Below, one piece after another: positions 22,814-32,524 of a stretch of DNA of 64,000 nucleotides. The DNA is taken from assembly GCA_965216065.1 (NCBI GenBank), contig CBDCFB010000002.1:960756-1024755 (forward strand). Reading direction: 5' to 3'. Position numbers and translations under genes: made by a program. The stretch comes from Dehalococcoidia bacterium. GTDB taxonomy: Bacteria > Chloroflexota > Dehalococcoidia > Lucifugimonadales > UBA3495. The notes below the pieces were generated by a model. That model had not been told where the DNA came from. It made no database searches and worked only from the letters and a program-made list of their open reading frames with translations. Positions within the stretch are counted from its first letter, which is position 1. Each line of letters starts with the position of its first letter.

Positions 22814-23920
22814 TCAGGCGAAGCGTCCGCGGGCCGAGAGGGGCCAGTAACCTTCCAGCTTGCCGTCCCGAACAGCCCGGATGTAGTCGTACTGGTTGAC
22901 GCAGGTGGCCAGTTCCCAAGGGGCCAGGCGGGCCTTCTCTCCTGGCTTCAGTGCCTCCTCGGAACCTGCTTCCAGCTCCACGATGCCGTGCTCGGCGCTG
23001 AACCGGGCGGCAGTTCCCCCGGCGATGCCCTGGAGCACCGGGCGACCGTGGTCGGGGCCGGTGGCCTTGTGTCCCGAGTCGAGCACGGCCACTTCCGGCA
23101 CGGGATGGCTGATTACGGTGGCCAGCACCATCGCGGCCAGGGACAGCTCCGGCAGGTGGAGCTGGAGGCGCACATCCATCAGGGGATAACGTCCGGCACG
23201 TACTTCGGTAATGCCCGGCAGTTCGCTGGCCGCTGTCCAGCAATGTGCTCCGCCGACGCTGACTTCCGTCACGGACAGGCCTGCGCTCTCCATCAGGTCC
23301 TTGGCGTCGATGGCGACCTGGAACCGCTCGCGAGTCTGGCGGGCGTGGGACTCCGGGTCGTCTCCAACCGGGCCGGGAACGGTGGCCATGATGCCCTGAA
23401 AGTTCAGCCCGGGGGAGTCGCTTACGGCGCGAGCCAGTGCAACGGCTTCAGCATCGGGTGATACCCCGCAGCGGCCCATTCCCGCCTCGATTTCCACCAA
23501 CACCCCAAGCTCCACGCCAGTGGACGCAGCAGCTGTAGAGAGCTGTGCCACATTGTCCGCGTTGTCGACTGCCACGCTCACTGATGCCTGGGACGCCAAG
23601 GCACACAGCCTCATTATCTTGGAGGCGGTGACGACCTGGCTGGCAACGAGAATGTCGACGAAGCCCGACGCAGCGAAGACCTCCGCTTCTCCGAGGGTGG
23701 TTGCAGTGATACCACGCGATGACGGCGCGGCCAGTTGGCGGCGGGCGACCTGCGGGCAGAGGTGGCTGGAGACGACCGGGCGCACCGTAACCGGGGTCCC
23801 GGCGAAGTAGCCATGGTAGGCCTGGATGTTCCGCTCCATCAGTTCCAGGTCCACAACCAGCGCAGGGGTATCCAGCTCTTCGACGGACGTGCCAGCGGGC
23901 TGGAAAATGGGACGTTCCAT
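22814..23920 (-). CDS. DSD1-family paralogue lacking the PLP-lysine block
   Basis: Same architecture (LDTPALVVDLELMERNIQ), but the equivalent block reads VRPVVSSHLCPQVARRQ. ATG at 23920 (MERPIFQ) is preferred over 23962. Confidence 0.7.
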   Translation of the reverse strand: MERPIFQPAGTSVEELDTPALVVDLELMERNIQAYHGYFAGTPVTVRPVVSSHLCPQVARRQLAAPSSRGITATTLGEAEVFAASGFVDILVASQVVTASKIMRLCALASQASVSVAVDNADNVAQLSTAAASTGVELGVLVEIEAGMGRCGVSPDAEAVALARAVSDSPGLNFQGIMATVPGPVGDDPESHARQTRERFQVAIDAKDLMESAGLSVTEVSVGGAHCWTAASELPGITEVRAGRYPLMDVRLQLHLPELSLAAMVLATVISHPVPEVAVLDSGHKATGPDHGRPVLQGIAGGTAARFSAEHGIVELEAGSEEALKPGEKARLAPWELATCVNQYDYIRAVRDGKLEGYWPLSARGRFA

Positions 23921-23968
23921 GTGCGTATTGCTCCAAGCTTTGAATTGGCAGCAGAATACCACAAAGAC

Positions 23969-24180
23969 GGCCCTTGGCAGGGCAATCGCGCCTTATTTTG
24001 AGGCATACAAATAGAGCCGACCTGGCGGGAAAGACTCCCGAAACTCCTGCGAAAGCAAGAATACAGAGGTCATTTGCCAATGAATCGACACCTGTCTCAA
24101 GGCCCCTGGATTCCCGCCTTCGCGGGAATAACGAGTTATGGGTTCTCCGGCAAACAGGACACGATTGCCCTGGCCCTCGG
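23969..24180. mobile_element. Second MITE-like element with GGCAGGGCAATCG-type inverted ends, carrying a nested REP hairpin
   Basis: GGCCCTTGGCAGGGCAATCGCGCC (23969-23992) versus GACACGATTGCCCTGGCCCTCGG (24158-24180). The nested hairpin is CTGGATTCCCGCCTTCGCGGGAATAACG at 24106-24133. Confidence 0.45.
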
Positions 24181-24223
24181 GAACTCGGTTGCAATCGATG
24201 GTGGCCGGTGCCACAATCTCGGC

Positions 24224-25465
24224 ATGTCTGGATTGCTGGAAGGGGTCAGGGTTCTCGACCTGACCCATTATATTGCCGGACCCTACTGCACACGGCTCAT
24301 GGCCGGCCTTGGCGCGGATGTGCTGAAGGTGGAGCGGCCGGATACCGGAGACTCGATACGGGGATGCGGCCCCTTCGCTTCCCGCCCCGAAGTGAACCGG
24401 GACCAGGGAAACGATCCCGTAGAGGACGGGGCCTGGCACCTCTACCTGAACGCTGGCAAACGCAGCGTCGGCATTGACCTCAAGTCGCAAGACGGACGCC
24501 AATTGGTGCTGGAACTGGCAGGCAGGGCCGACATCCTTGTTGAGAACTTCGCTCCGGGAACCATGGTCCGCCTGGGGATCGGATACGAGGAACTGCGGAG
24601 GGTCAACCCGGTACTGGTGGTCACCTCCATCAGCAACTTCGGCCAGACGGGCCCCTATCGAGACTGGCGGGCCACCGAGGCGAATCTGTACGCCATGGGC
24701 GGACTGATGAACATCACCGGCGAGCCGGACCAGGAGCCGCTGAAGGAGGGAGCACCCCTCGCGCAACTGGGTGCCGGGCAGAACGCCTTCGCCGCGACCA
24801 TTGCCGCGCTGATGTACGCCGAGGAAACGGGCGAAGGTCAGCAGATCGACATCTCGATTGCTGAATACGCGACCAACATCCTGGAAAACGCTCTGATGCA
24901 GTACAGCTACTCGGGCCAGGAGTACACCCGGGTTGGCAACCGGGGTTATGGCCGAGCCGCTTGGGGTATCTATCCCTGCCAGGACGGCCATGTGGGCATC
25001 ATCGCCGGTCCCGACCATCGCTGGCCGGAGGTCGCTCGCATCATGGAGCGGGAGGAGTTGGCCGACCCACGCTTCGCCTCGCGTCGTGGCCGGCAGGAGA
25101 ACGCCGACGAGGTCGACGCGCTGATGCTGCCGTGGCTTATCGATCACGATAAGGTGGACATCTTCAAGGCGGGGCAGGAAAGCGGACTGGGATTCAGCTT
25201 TGTCGCGACGATGCAGGACATCCTGGAGATGGAGCAGCTGGTGGCCCGGGGCTATTTCGTAAACTTCGACCATCCTGTCGCTGGCGAGTTGACCTATCCA
25301 GGCGCGCCAATCTCATGCGAGCCTGACGCAGATGCCTGGGTGTTCAGGCGGGCCCCGTTGTTCGCGGAGCACACCCGGTCCGCACTCTCCGACTGGCTCG
25401 GTTGCGATGATGCGACGCTTGAAGAGCTTGCGGCGTCGGGCGCTATCCTCGGACCCAGGGTCTAG
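24224..25465 (+). CDS. Family III CoA-transferase, first of second pair
   Basis: MSGLLEGVRVLDLTHYIAGPYCTRLMAGLGADVLKVERP. The upstream part of ORF 24074 is repeat-encoded (WIPAFAGIT), so ATG 24224 is used. Confidence 0.88.
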   Translation: MSGLLEGVRVLDLTHYIAGPYCTRLMAGLGADVLKVERPDTGDSIRGCGPFASRPEVNRDQGNDPVEDGAWHLYLNAGKRSVGIDLKSQDGRQLVLELAGRADILVENFAPGTMVRLGIGYEELRRVNPVLVVTSISNFGQTGPYRDWRATEANLYAMGGLMNITGEPDQEPLKEGAPLAQLGAGQNAFAATIAALMYAEETGEGQQIDISIAEYATNILENALMQYSYSGQEYTRVGNRGYGRAAWGIYPCQDGHVGIIAGPDHRWPEVARIMEREELADPRFASRRGRQENADEVDALMLPWLIDHDKVDIFKAGQESGLGFSFVATMQDILEMEQLVARGYFVNFDHPVAGELTYPGAPISCEPDADAWVFRRAPLFAEHTRSALSDWLGCDDATLEELAASGAILGPRV

Positions 25466-25483
25466 CGCGGGGAACGGACCACA

Positions 25484-26764
25484 TTGAAAGCAGGAACGAA
25501 ACAGCCGCTGAAGAACTACCGGGTGCTGGACCTGTCCCGCATCTGGGCCGGGCCGTACTGCACCAAGCTGATGGCCGACCTGGGCGCCGAGATCATCAAG
25601 ATGGAGTCGCTCAGCGTCTACGACTCCCACCGGGGGCCAGTCAGCCCGGCGCGGGGCATCGCCGCCTACCCCGACGGCGAGCCGGGGGAAGAGCCTTGGA
25701 ACCGCAACGGCTGGTTCAACTGCCTTCACATGTCCAAGTACGGCATTACGCTCGAATTGACCAGCGACGAGGGACGCCGTGTCTTCGAGCGTCTGGTGTC
25801 CATAAGCGATGTGCTGATCGAGAACTTCCGGCAGGGAAGTCTGGAGCGGTTGGGCTATGACTACAAGGCACTGAGGAAGCACCGCCCCGACCTGATCTAC
25901 GTGTCCATGCCGGCCTTCGGCAACACCGGGCCTTGGAAGGGATACCTGGGGTACGGGATCGGGCAGGAGCAACTCTCGGGTATGGCTCACCTTACCGGAT
26001 ATCCCGACGATGGTCCGATGAAGTCCGGCATCAACCACGGCGACCCCATCACCGGCTCCCACGCCGCCGGGGTGCTGTTAGCCGCCTTGCGCCGCCGCCG
26101 CCGCACCGGCAAGGGCATGTACATCGATGTCTCACAGCAGGAGTCGGCGGTGGCCTTCATGGGGGGAGAGCTGCTGTCCTACCAGATGACCGGCCAAGAG
26201 CCGGACCGCATCGGCAACCGTTCCCGCTGGTACGCTCCCTGCAACGCATACCCCTGCGCTGGCGAGGACCGCTGGATAACCATCGCCGCAACCAACGACG
26301 CAGAATGGGAAAGGCTGACAGTTGCCATGGACGCCGCCCCCTTGGCTGAAGACGACCGGTTCGCCACCGCCGACGCCCGCATGGCGCACCAGGACGAGCT
26401 GGACCCAATCATCGCCGGGTGGACCAGCGACCATGACGCGTTTGCGCTTGCCGAGCGTCTGCAGGCTGCGGGCGTCCCTGCCGGGCCGGTGCTGCGTGGC
26501 CCGGACCTGCTGGCCGACAGGCACTACGCCGAGCGGGGCACCTTCGTCACCGTGGACCACCCCCAGGTGGGCCCGAAGCAGTACCCCGGCATACCGTGGA
26601 AGATGTCGGGCACGCCTGGCGAGGTGCGCTGGCCTTCGCCCACGCTGGGCCAGCACAACCGCCAGATCTTCGGAGGCCTGCTGGGCCTGACCACCGGGGA
26701 TATAGACGCGCTGGAGTCCGGAGGGGTCATCGGCACCAAGCCCACCGGCTCGCGCATCATCTGA
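25484..26764 (+). CDS. Family III CoA-transferase, second of second pair
   Basis: YRVLDLSRIWAGPYCTKLMADLGAEIIKMES. GINHGDPITGSH with Asp at the CaiB/Frc catalytic spacing. Confidence 0.88.
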   Translation: MKAGTKQPLKNYRVLDLSRIWAGPYCTKLMADLGAEIIKMESLSVYDSHRGPVSPARGIAAYPDGEPGEEPWNRNGWFNCLHMSKYGITLELTSDEGRRVFERLVSISDVLIENFRQGSLERLGYDYKALRKHRPDLIYVSMPAFGNTGPWKGYLGYGIGQEQLSGMAHLTGYPDDGPMKSGINHGDPITGSHAAGVLLAALRRRRRTGKGMYIDVSQQESAVAFMGGELLSYQMTGQEPDRIGNRSRWYAPCNAYPCAGEDRWITIAATNDAEWERLTVAMDAAPLAEDDRFATADARMAHQDELDPIIAGWTSDHDAFALAERLQAAGVPAGPVLRGPDLLADRHYAERGTFVTVDHPQVGPKQYPGIPWKMSGTPGEVRWPSPTLGQHNRQIFGGLLGLTTGDIDALESGGVIGTKPTGSRII

Positions 26765-26847
26765 CTTTCATGCCCTCCCCAGGGGGAGGGTTAGTCGCCA
26801 AATTACACGGGCCTTACCTTTTGATTGAGATATCACGGAGGAACCAG

Positions 26848-27612
26848 TTGACCGAGAGAGAAGTCATCTACGAGATCAGGGAAGGCATTGCCTACATCAT
26901 CCTGAACCGCCCGGAGAAGCTGAACGCCATCAACCCGGAGATGCGGGAACTGCTCTGGGACGCCTTCCAGGATGTGCGGAACAACGACGAGGTGCGTTGC
27001 GCCATCGTGACCGGCAGCGGCCGGGCATTCTCCACTGGCCACGACCTGGTGGCCATGGCCAATGCCCGCGCCAACGAGGGCCCGAGCACCGGTGATCTTT
27101 ATGTCGAGCAGTCCAAGATCTGGAAGCCGATCATCTCGGCCATCAACGGAATCTGCCTAGCCCAGGGCTGCGGTATAGCGCTGGGCAGCGATATCCGCAT
27201 TGCGTCATCCGAGGCCCGTTTCGGCTGGCCCCAGGCCAAGCGGGGCATCTCGTCGGTCAGCGGCCCGGCGCTGCTGTCCCAGGTGGTGCCGCGCAATGTG
27301 GCCTTCGAGTTCCTGTTCACCGGCGATTTTGTGGACGCCCAGAAGGCGCTGGAGCTGATGCTGGTCAACTATGTGGTGCCGCCGGAAGAGGTAATGCCCC
27401 GCGCCGAGGAGATGGCCCGCAAGATCACCGCCAATGCCCCCCTGTCCATTGCCGCCATCAAGGAGGCGTCCATCAAGGGCAGCGAGATGGGCCTCGAGGA
27501 ACGCGTGGCCTTCGCGCAGGCGAAGCGCGACGAGGTACTGACCACCGAGGACGCCCAGGAAGGCGTCCGGGCCTTCGCCGAGAAGCGCGCCCCGGTGTGG
27601 CGGGGCCGCTAG
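26848..27612 (+). CDS. Enoyl-CoA hydratase/isomerase (crotonase) family protein
   Basis: TTG at 26848 after GGAGGAA. IAYIILNRPEKLNAI, GSGRAFSTGHDL, AAINGICLAQGCGIAL. Confidence 0.85.
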   Translation: MTEREVIYEIREGIAYIILNRPEKLNAINPEMRELLWDAFQDVRNNDEVRCAIVTGSGRAFSTGHDLVAMANARANEGPSTGDLYVEQSKIWKPIISAINGICLAQGCGIALGSDIRIASSEARFGWPQAKRGISSVSGPALLSQVVPRNVAFEFLFTGDFVDAQKALELMLVNYVVPPEEVMPRAEEMARKITANAPLSIAAIKEASIKGSEMGLEERVAFAQAKRDEVLTTEDAQEGVRAFAEKRAPVWRGR

Positions 27613-27696
27613 CCGGCACTCGAACAGTCCGGACCAGTCGTTCAAACAGATCAACAGCCAACCAAGACAAGCCAACCAAACGGGAGAAGGAGTTCT

Positions 27697-28806
27697 ATGG
27701 CCACGCTGACCACGCCCGAAACCGTATCCATGAACCCGGCGGGGCTTGAACGGGTCAAGCAGATCTTCAACCGCCAGATTTCCGAGGGTCTGCATCCCGG
27801 CGCCGGTCTTGCCGTCTACCGCTACGGTAGCCTGGTGCTGGACATCCACGGCGGAGTTGCCGACCAGAGCGCGGGCCGTCGCGTCGACGACGAGACCATG
27901 TTCGTGCTGTTCTCGTCGACCAAGCCCCTGGCCGGGGCCTGCGGCTACATGCTCAAAGAGCGGGGCAGGCTGGACTGGGACGACCCCGTAGCCAAGTTCT
28001 GGCCGGAGTTCGGGCAGAACGGCAAGGAGTCGGTGACCATCCGGCACCTGCTGAGTCACCAGGGTGGCTTCCCCGACACCCCCGCCGACCTGCCGTGGAC
28101 GGACTGGCACGACTGGAGCCTGGTCTGCGCCGCCATGGAGCGGGCCACGCCCAAGTTCACGCCCGGCTCCACCTTGTCGTACCACCCCATCAACTACGGC
28201 TGGGTGATCGCCGAGCTGGTGCGCCGCATTGATGGCCGCACCTTCGACCGGTTCATCGCTGAGGACCTGGCCCGTCCCCTGCAGATGGAGGACACCTATG
28301 TCGGCCTGCCCGGGGATCTGGAAGATCGGGTGTCCCGTATCCACCTGATGGAGCTGGACGCCGACACCAACGGATACGCCAATGTGTTCGACAAGCCCGA
28401 GGTCCACCGGGTCATCTGCCCCGGCGCCAACGGCATCGCGTCGGCCGGCGACCTGGCGAGATTCTACGCGGCCATGGAGCGCAAGGGCACCCTCGATGGG
28501 GCCAAGGTACTGCGACCCGAGACCGTCGCCGAGGGGATCACCATGCAGGTCGAGGGGACCGACCAGTCCCTGGGCCTGTTCGCCCAGCGGGCGCTGGGGT
28601 TCGCGCTGAACGACGAGCGCATGGGCAAGCCCACCTGCGACCCGATGCACACCTTCGGGCACGGCGGGGCCGGGACGTCCATCGGCTGGGCCGATCTGGA
28701 CACCGGGCTGGCCGTGGGCTACATCACCAATGGCTTCCGGGGCGCCGACAAGAACAACGCCAGGCTGGCCGAGGTCTCGCAGGCTGTGCGGGACGCCTGC
28801 GCGTAG
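27697..28806 (+). CDS. Serine hydrolase, beta-lactamase/esterase (class C-like) family
   Basis: GAAGGAG RBS. SxxK motif FSSTKPLAG. C-terminal HGGAGTS block. Confidence 0.8.
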   Translation: MATLTTPETVSMNPAGLERVKQIFNRQISEGLHPGAGLAVYRYGSLVLDIHGGVADQSAGRRVDDETMFVLFSSTKPLAGACGYMLKERGRLDWDDPVAKFWPEFGQNGKESVTIRHLLSHQGGFPDTPADLPWTDWHDWSLVCAAMERATPKFTPGSTLSYHPINYGWVIAELVRRIDGRTFDRFIAEDLARPLQMEDTYVGLPGDLEDRVSRIHLMELDADTNGYANVFDKPEVHRVICPGANGIASAGDLARFYAAMERKGTLDGAKVLRPETVAEGITMQVEGTDQSLGLFAQRALGFALNDERMGKPTCDPMHTFGHGGAGTSIGWADLDTGLAVGYITNGFRGADKNNARLAEVSQAVRDACA

Positions 28807-28830
28807 GGCGGGGAACCTGTCAGAGTATTG

Positions 28831-28863
28831 AGGGGCGGGTCAACAGACCTGCCCCTTTTTTAT
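28831..28863 (+). terminator. Rho-independent terminator
   Basis: AGGGGCGGGTC / GACCTGCCCCT stem (one mismatch), followed by TTTTTTATTT. Confidence 0.65.
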
Positions 28864-28944
28864 TTGCAAGGGGTACGCCCTCACCCTAACCCTCTCCCTC
28901 AAGGGAGAGGGAATAATCGAAGGCCCTGGCGAACGCTGCTGGGA

Positions 28945-29361
28945 CTACGGAGCGAAGCTGGAGCGGGCTTGGGCTCCCCAGCGTCTGTCGACGTGGGTCA
29001 TTATCCACAGCGAGCGGTAGGTGGAGAGTGCGCCGCCCTCAGCGTCGCAGCGAGTGAACTGTATCAGCACGTGGACTTTGTGCTCCGAGCTATGGAGCAC
29101 CTGGGCGGAATCCAGCACGGTATGATGCCAGTCGGTACCGGCGCGGGCATAGAAATCCCGCATGTAGGTAGCCTCCAGCTCCTCCCTGTCGTGCCAGATG
29201 GCCAGTCCGCCACCGGAGATGCGGATGTGCGGCAGATGCAGCAACTCGAGCAGCGCATCGGTATCTCCGGCGTTGAGCGCGGCCATGAAGTTGGCGATTG
29301 CCGACACGGCTGCGGCGGCACTTTCCGGCCACTGGTTTTCCTGCCCTTGGAGCTCCGTCAT
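28945..29361 (-). CDS. NTF2/SnoaL-like fold hypothetical protein
   Basis: 138-aa ORF from MTELQGQ. The pattern FMAALNAGDTDALLELL...W is typical of SnoaL-like proteins. The upstream extension of the ORF is REP-encoded. Confidence 0.5.
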   Translation of the reverse strand: MTELQGQENQWPESAAAAVSAIANFMAALNAGDTDALLELLHLPHIRISGGGLAIWHDREELEATYMRDFYARAGTDWHHTVLDSAQVLHSSEHKVHVLIQFTRCDAEGGALSTYRSLWIMTHVDRRWGAQARSSFAP

Positions 29362-29529
29362 AGTTGGCCTTTCTTGCGCAATTGCCAGGAGGGGGTACGC
29401 CCTCACCCTCTCCCGGAGGGAGAGGGAACCTCATGGCGGAGGGTTCACCCCCACCCCAGCCCTCCCCCTCAGGGGGAGGGGGTTGTCCGTTCGTGGTTCG
29501 ACAGGCTGACCATGAACGGGCTGTCCAGT

Positions 29530-30708
29530 CTAGGTGAGGCGGAGCAGGGCCTCGGCGTTGCCGGACATGTGCTTGACCAAGGCTTCGTCGCCAAAGTCCT
29601 GCCAGAAGGGCCAGTTGATGACCATCTCGGCGGTGTCGGGGAAGTGGGCCTCGCCGTGGGGGTAGTCGGACTGGTGCATCAGGGCCTCGGTGCCCAGCAG
29701 GTCAATGCAGGCCTTGGTCATGGCCGCTCCCTCGAAGGGCTCGGCTCCACAGCGGAAGCGGCCCATCTGGGCGTACTCGATGGGCTTGTAATCGGTCTTA
29801 GGGGTTGTGCCGGAGACGTAGTTGCACATCTCTTCGAGGCGGATCAGCCAGTGGGGGAGCCAGCCGTGCCCCACCTCTGCGGCACCGGCGTTCAGGTTGG
29901 GGAAGCGGTCGAAGATCTTCCCGACGATCAGATAGGACAGCAGCCGCGCAGCGCCCCACGGGTGGGCGGCGGTGCGGGCTACGGCGATGTTGCCCCACAT
30001 GTCGCGGTAGCCGGGGAAATAGGGCGGCTCGAAGGTGAAGCTGTGATGCAGGATGGGCAGGTGTTCCTCGTTCAGCACCTCGAACAGCGGGTCGACGGCC
30101 GGGTGGTCGATGGGCATGCCCTCGGGCAGGATGATGGCCACCGCGGCGGCCCACTTCTCCTTCGACACGGCCTTGATCTCGTTGATGGACCATTCGATAT
30201 CGGCGGCGGGGGCAAGGACGATGCTGCGCAATCGCTCGGGGTCGGCGCTGCAGTACTCGCGCATGTAGCGATGGTAGGCGGAGTACAGGCCCTCGGCGAG
30301 GGTTACGTCCTCGATCCCGGTCAGGCCGTTGGCCCAGGTACCGGGAATGATCACGTCGATATCACGCCCCTCAAGGTCCATGTCGGCCAGGCGGCCGGCG
30401 GCGTTCTCATCGCTGACGCCCTTCTGCGGGTCGACGCGGTGGTGTCCCGAGTTCCGGGTGACTCGGCCTTCCAGCGCGCCCCGACCGCCTGCAACGGCAG
30501 CCTGGTCGTCGCCGCTGGGCGCCTCGCCGGGGAAGCGGTCGAAGGGGATGGAGGCGATGCTGAGGGCGTTGTACTCGCCCACGGTCCGGATGTAGGGCTT
30601 CAGGTCGTCCAGCCGGGGCCGGAAGCTGGGGTCGACAAACTTGACCAGGGTGTCCAGGCTGGGGTTCACGTGGGTGTCGATGTCGATTACGCGGTAGCCG
30701 TTCTTCAT
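29530..30708 (-). CDS. Amidohydrolase-2 family metal-dependent hydrolase/decarboxylase (ACMSD-like)
   Basis: MKNGYRVIDIDTHVNPS start with GGAGGAGG RBS. HxH metal motif and a conserved distal His/Asp pattern. Confidence 0.75.
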   Translation of the reverse strand: MKNGYRVIDIDTHVNPSLDTLVKFVDPSFRPRLDDLKPYIRTVGEYNALSIASIPFDRFPGEAPSGDDQAAVAGGRGALEGRVTRNSGHHRVDPQKGVSDENAAGRLADMDLEGRDIDVIIPGTWANGLTGIEDVTLAEGLYSAYHRYMREYCSADPERLRSIVLAPAADIEWSINEIKAVSKEKWAAAVAIILPEGMPIDHPAVDPLFEVLNEEHLPILHHSFTFEPPYFPGYRDMWGNIAVARTAAHPWGAARLLSYLIVGKIFDRFPNLNAGAAEVGHGWLPHWLIRLEEMCNYVSGTTPKTDYKPIEYAQMGRFRCGAEPFEGAAMTKACIDLLGTEALMHQSDYPHGEAHFPDTAEMVINWPFWQDFGDEALVKHMSGNAEALLRLT

Positions 30709-30855
30709 CGAGTCGCCTCCTCCGGGTTCAGTTTGAATCAGGAATTCAGGTGGCGGGAGATTTCACCCCCACCCCTTCGACGGGCTCAGGACAGGCCCAA
30801 CCCTCCCCCTCAGGGGGAGGGGATTTCGAGACCAGTTTCCATATTCTATCTGGGG

Positions 30856-31644
30856 TCAGGGTTTGAGGTAGCGGGACAGCCATTCGAGGCAGCGGCCCCA
30901 GGCCATTTGCGCGGCCTCGGGGCGGTAGCTTTCGCGGGTGTCGGACATGAAGGCGTGCCCGGCGCGGGGGTAGCTGACGAACTCGAAAGTCACGCCAGCC
31001 TGCTCCAGCAATTCCCGCAGGCGGGCCACATCGCCGGGCGAGGGGTTGGTGTCATCGTCGGCGAATAGGGCCAGCATAGGGCAGCCGAGGTTGGCGGCGA
31101 GCTCGCCGGGCGGTGTGGGGTTGACCCCGGTGGGCTGGAACAGGCCGTTGGAGTAGAAGTTGACGAACACGTCAACCTGCCCTGCCCCAGAGGCCCGGCT
31201 GCTGGCGAAGACCAGGCCGAGGCGGCCGCCGGAGCAGAAGCCGACGAGACCGATGCGCTCGCTCACGTGGGGGCTGGACCGCAGGAAGTCGAGGCCGCCC
31301 TGCAGGTCGCCGATGGTCTGGGCGTTGGGGCGGGCGTTCAGGGCGTCGCGGGCCAGGTCCATGTCCGAGTGCTCGACCACGGTCAGGAACCCGTCGCGGC
31401 TGTAGAGGGCGGGCACGATGGCGGCGTAGCCCAGCGCGGCGTAGCGGCGGGCCATGTCCTTCATGTGCTCCTCGTAGCCGTGGATGCCGTGGACGAGGAG
31501 CAGGCCGGGGTGCGGGCCGCCGTCGGAGGGACGGGCCACGTAGGCGGGCAGCGGGTCGCCGTCGTAGCCGCTGACGGTGATGTCGTAGGCGGTTATGTCA
31601 GCCGGGTGGTAGACCAGGCCGGGCGGCAGCGTTCGGGAGACCAA
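30856..31644 (-). CDS. Dienelactone hydrolase-family protein
   Basis: GLLLVHGIHGYEEHMKDMARRYAALGY and nucleophile elbow GFCSGGR. C-terminal HAF. Confidence 0.8.
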   Translation of the reverse strand: MVSRTLPPGLVYHPADITAYDITVSGYDGDPLPAYVARPSDGGPHPGLLLVHGIHGYEEHMKDMARRYAALGYAAIVPALYSRDGFLTVVEHSDMDLARDALNARPNAQTIGDLQGGLDFLRSSPHVSERIGLVGFCSGGRLGLVFASSRASGAGQVDVFVNFYSNGLFQPTGVNPTPPGELAANLGCPMLALFADDDTNPSPGDVARLRELLEQAGVTFEFVSYPRAGHAFMSDTRESYRPEAAQMAWGRCLEWLSRYLKP

Positions 31645-31740
31645 CGTTGATGCGACCTCGTGCCATCGCGGACCGTCGATTGGTCCGGGAGGGATGAGGG
31701 CATTCTATGGAGAGTGCCGCGGGGTTGCAACCGGGGGTGT

Positions 31741-32185
31741 CCGAACTGTGATTTTTGTGATTCCAGGATTTCGCTGATGCTTCGTATGCAGTCCGGGTCG
31801 GACGATGGCCAGGGGCGCAGCGTTGGAAAAATTGAAATATCCACTCATTTTCGAGCATTCTCGTTCATTTTCGCTCATTCCAGCTGGTCGCTGGGGATGC
31901 TGTCCTATCGGCCCGCGGAGATTGGCACGGGAAATTGTCTGAACTGTGATTTGTGTGATTCAGGGATTTCGCTGATTTTTGGATGCAGTCCGGGTCGGAC
32001 GATGGCCAGGGGCGCAGCGTTGGAAAAATTGAAATATCCACTCATTTCCGAGCATTCTCGTTCATTTTCGCTCATTCCAGCCGGTCGCTGGGGATGCTGT
32101 CCTATCGGCCCGCGGAGATGGGCACGGGGATTTGTCTGAACTGTGATTTGTGTGATTCAGGGATTTCGCTGATTTTTGGGTCCTG
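31741..32185. repeat. Tandem direct repeat, unit ~197-198 bp, about 2.25 near-identical copies plus a degenerate continuation to about 32300
   Basis: (C)TGAACTGTGATTT(T/G)TGTGATTC starts at 31741, 31939 and 32136. Units are near identical, including GCAGTCCGGGTCGGACGATGGCCAGGGGCGCAGCGTTGGAAAAATTGAAATATCCACTCATTT. Confidence 0.9.
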
Positions 32186-32524
32186 CTAAGAGCCAGGTCT
32201 GGAAAATTCGTCTTTTCCTCTCAAAGCCTCTCATTTTCGCCGAAGTGCCGCTGGTCGGACTGGGAGCCTGGCGTCGCTCGAGGGCCGTTGGTGCAGGGAG
32301 GAGGCGCCGACGGGGGATTATCGCTGTTTGGATGTTGCGAATATTTGTTTTCATAAGCATTTTAAGCAGGAAGGCTGGGGGTTGGCAAGGGGTGGGTGTC
32401 AGTGGGGGTGGGTTGTAGCTTGGGCAAAATGACTCTTGAGGTCTACAGCCATCTATTTCATTAGGTATAATTGTACAAGAGTTCTAACGATTGTCCGAAA
32501 GGGTAGGGTAGAGGAGTTCGAGAA

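Noticed and set aside
24074-24223. N-terminal extensions of several track ORFs: 24074, 26596, 41537, 35449, 23962, 54624, 57460, 55586, 42775 and 10861.
   Set aside because: The extensions are encoded by REP/MITE sequence or lack similarity to the protein family. Internal starts with good RBSs coincide with the conserved N-termini.
31660-32139. 159-aa ORF running through the tandem repeat, plus 68-aa and 86-aa ORFs in the same region.
   Set aside because: The sequence is internally repetitive only because of the DNA repeat. There is no RBS, and the peptides (NHKNHSSD, LNCDLCDSGISLIF) are typical repeat-encoded artefacts.
31741-32185. Possible CRISPR array (regular repeats), here and at 39554-39847.
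   Set aside because: The repeat units are ~197 bp and ~115-135 bp, with no short unique spacers of uniform length. No cas genes are in the window.
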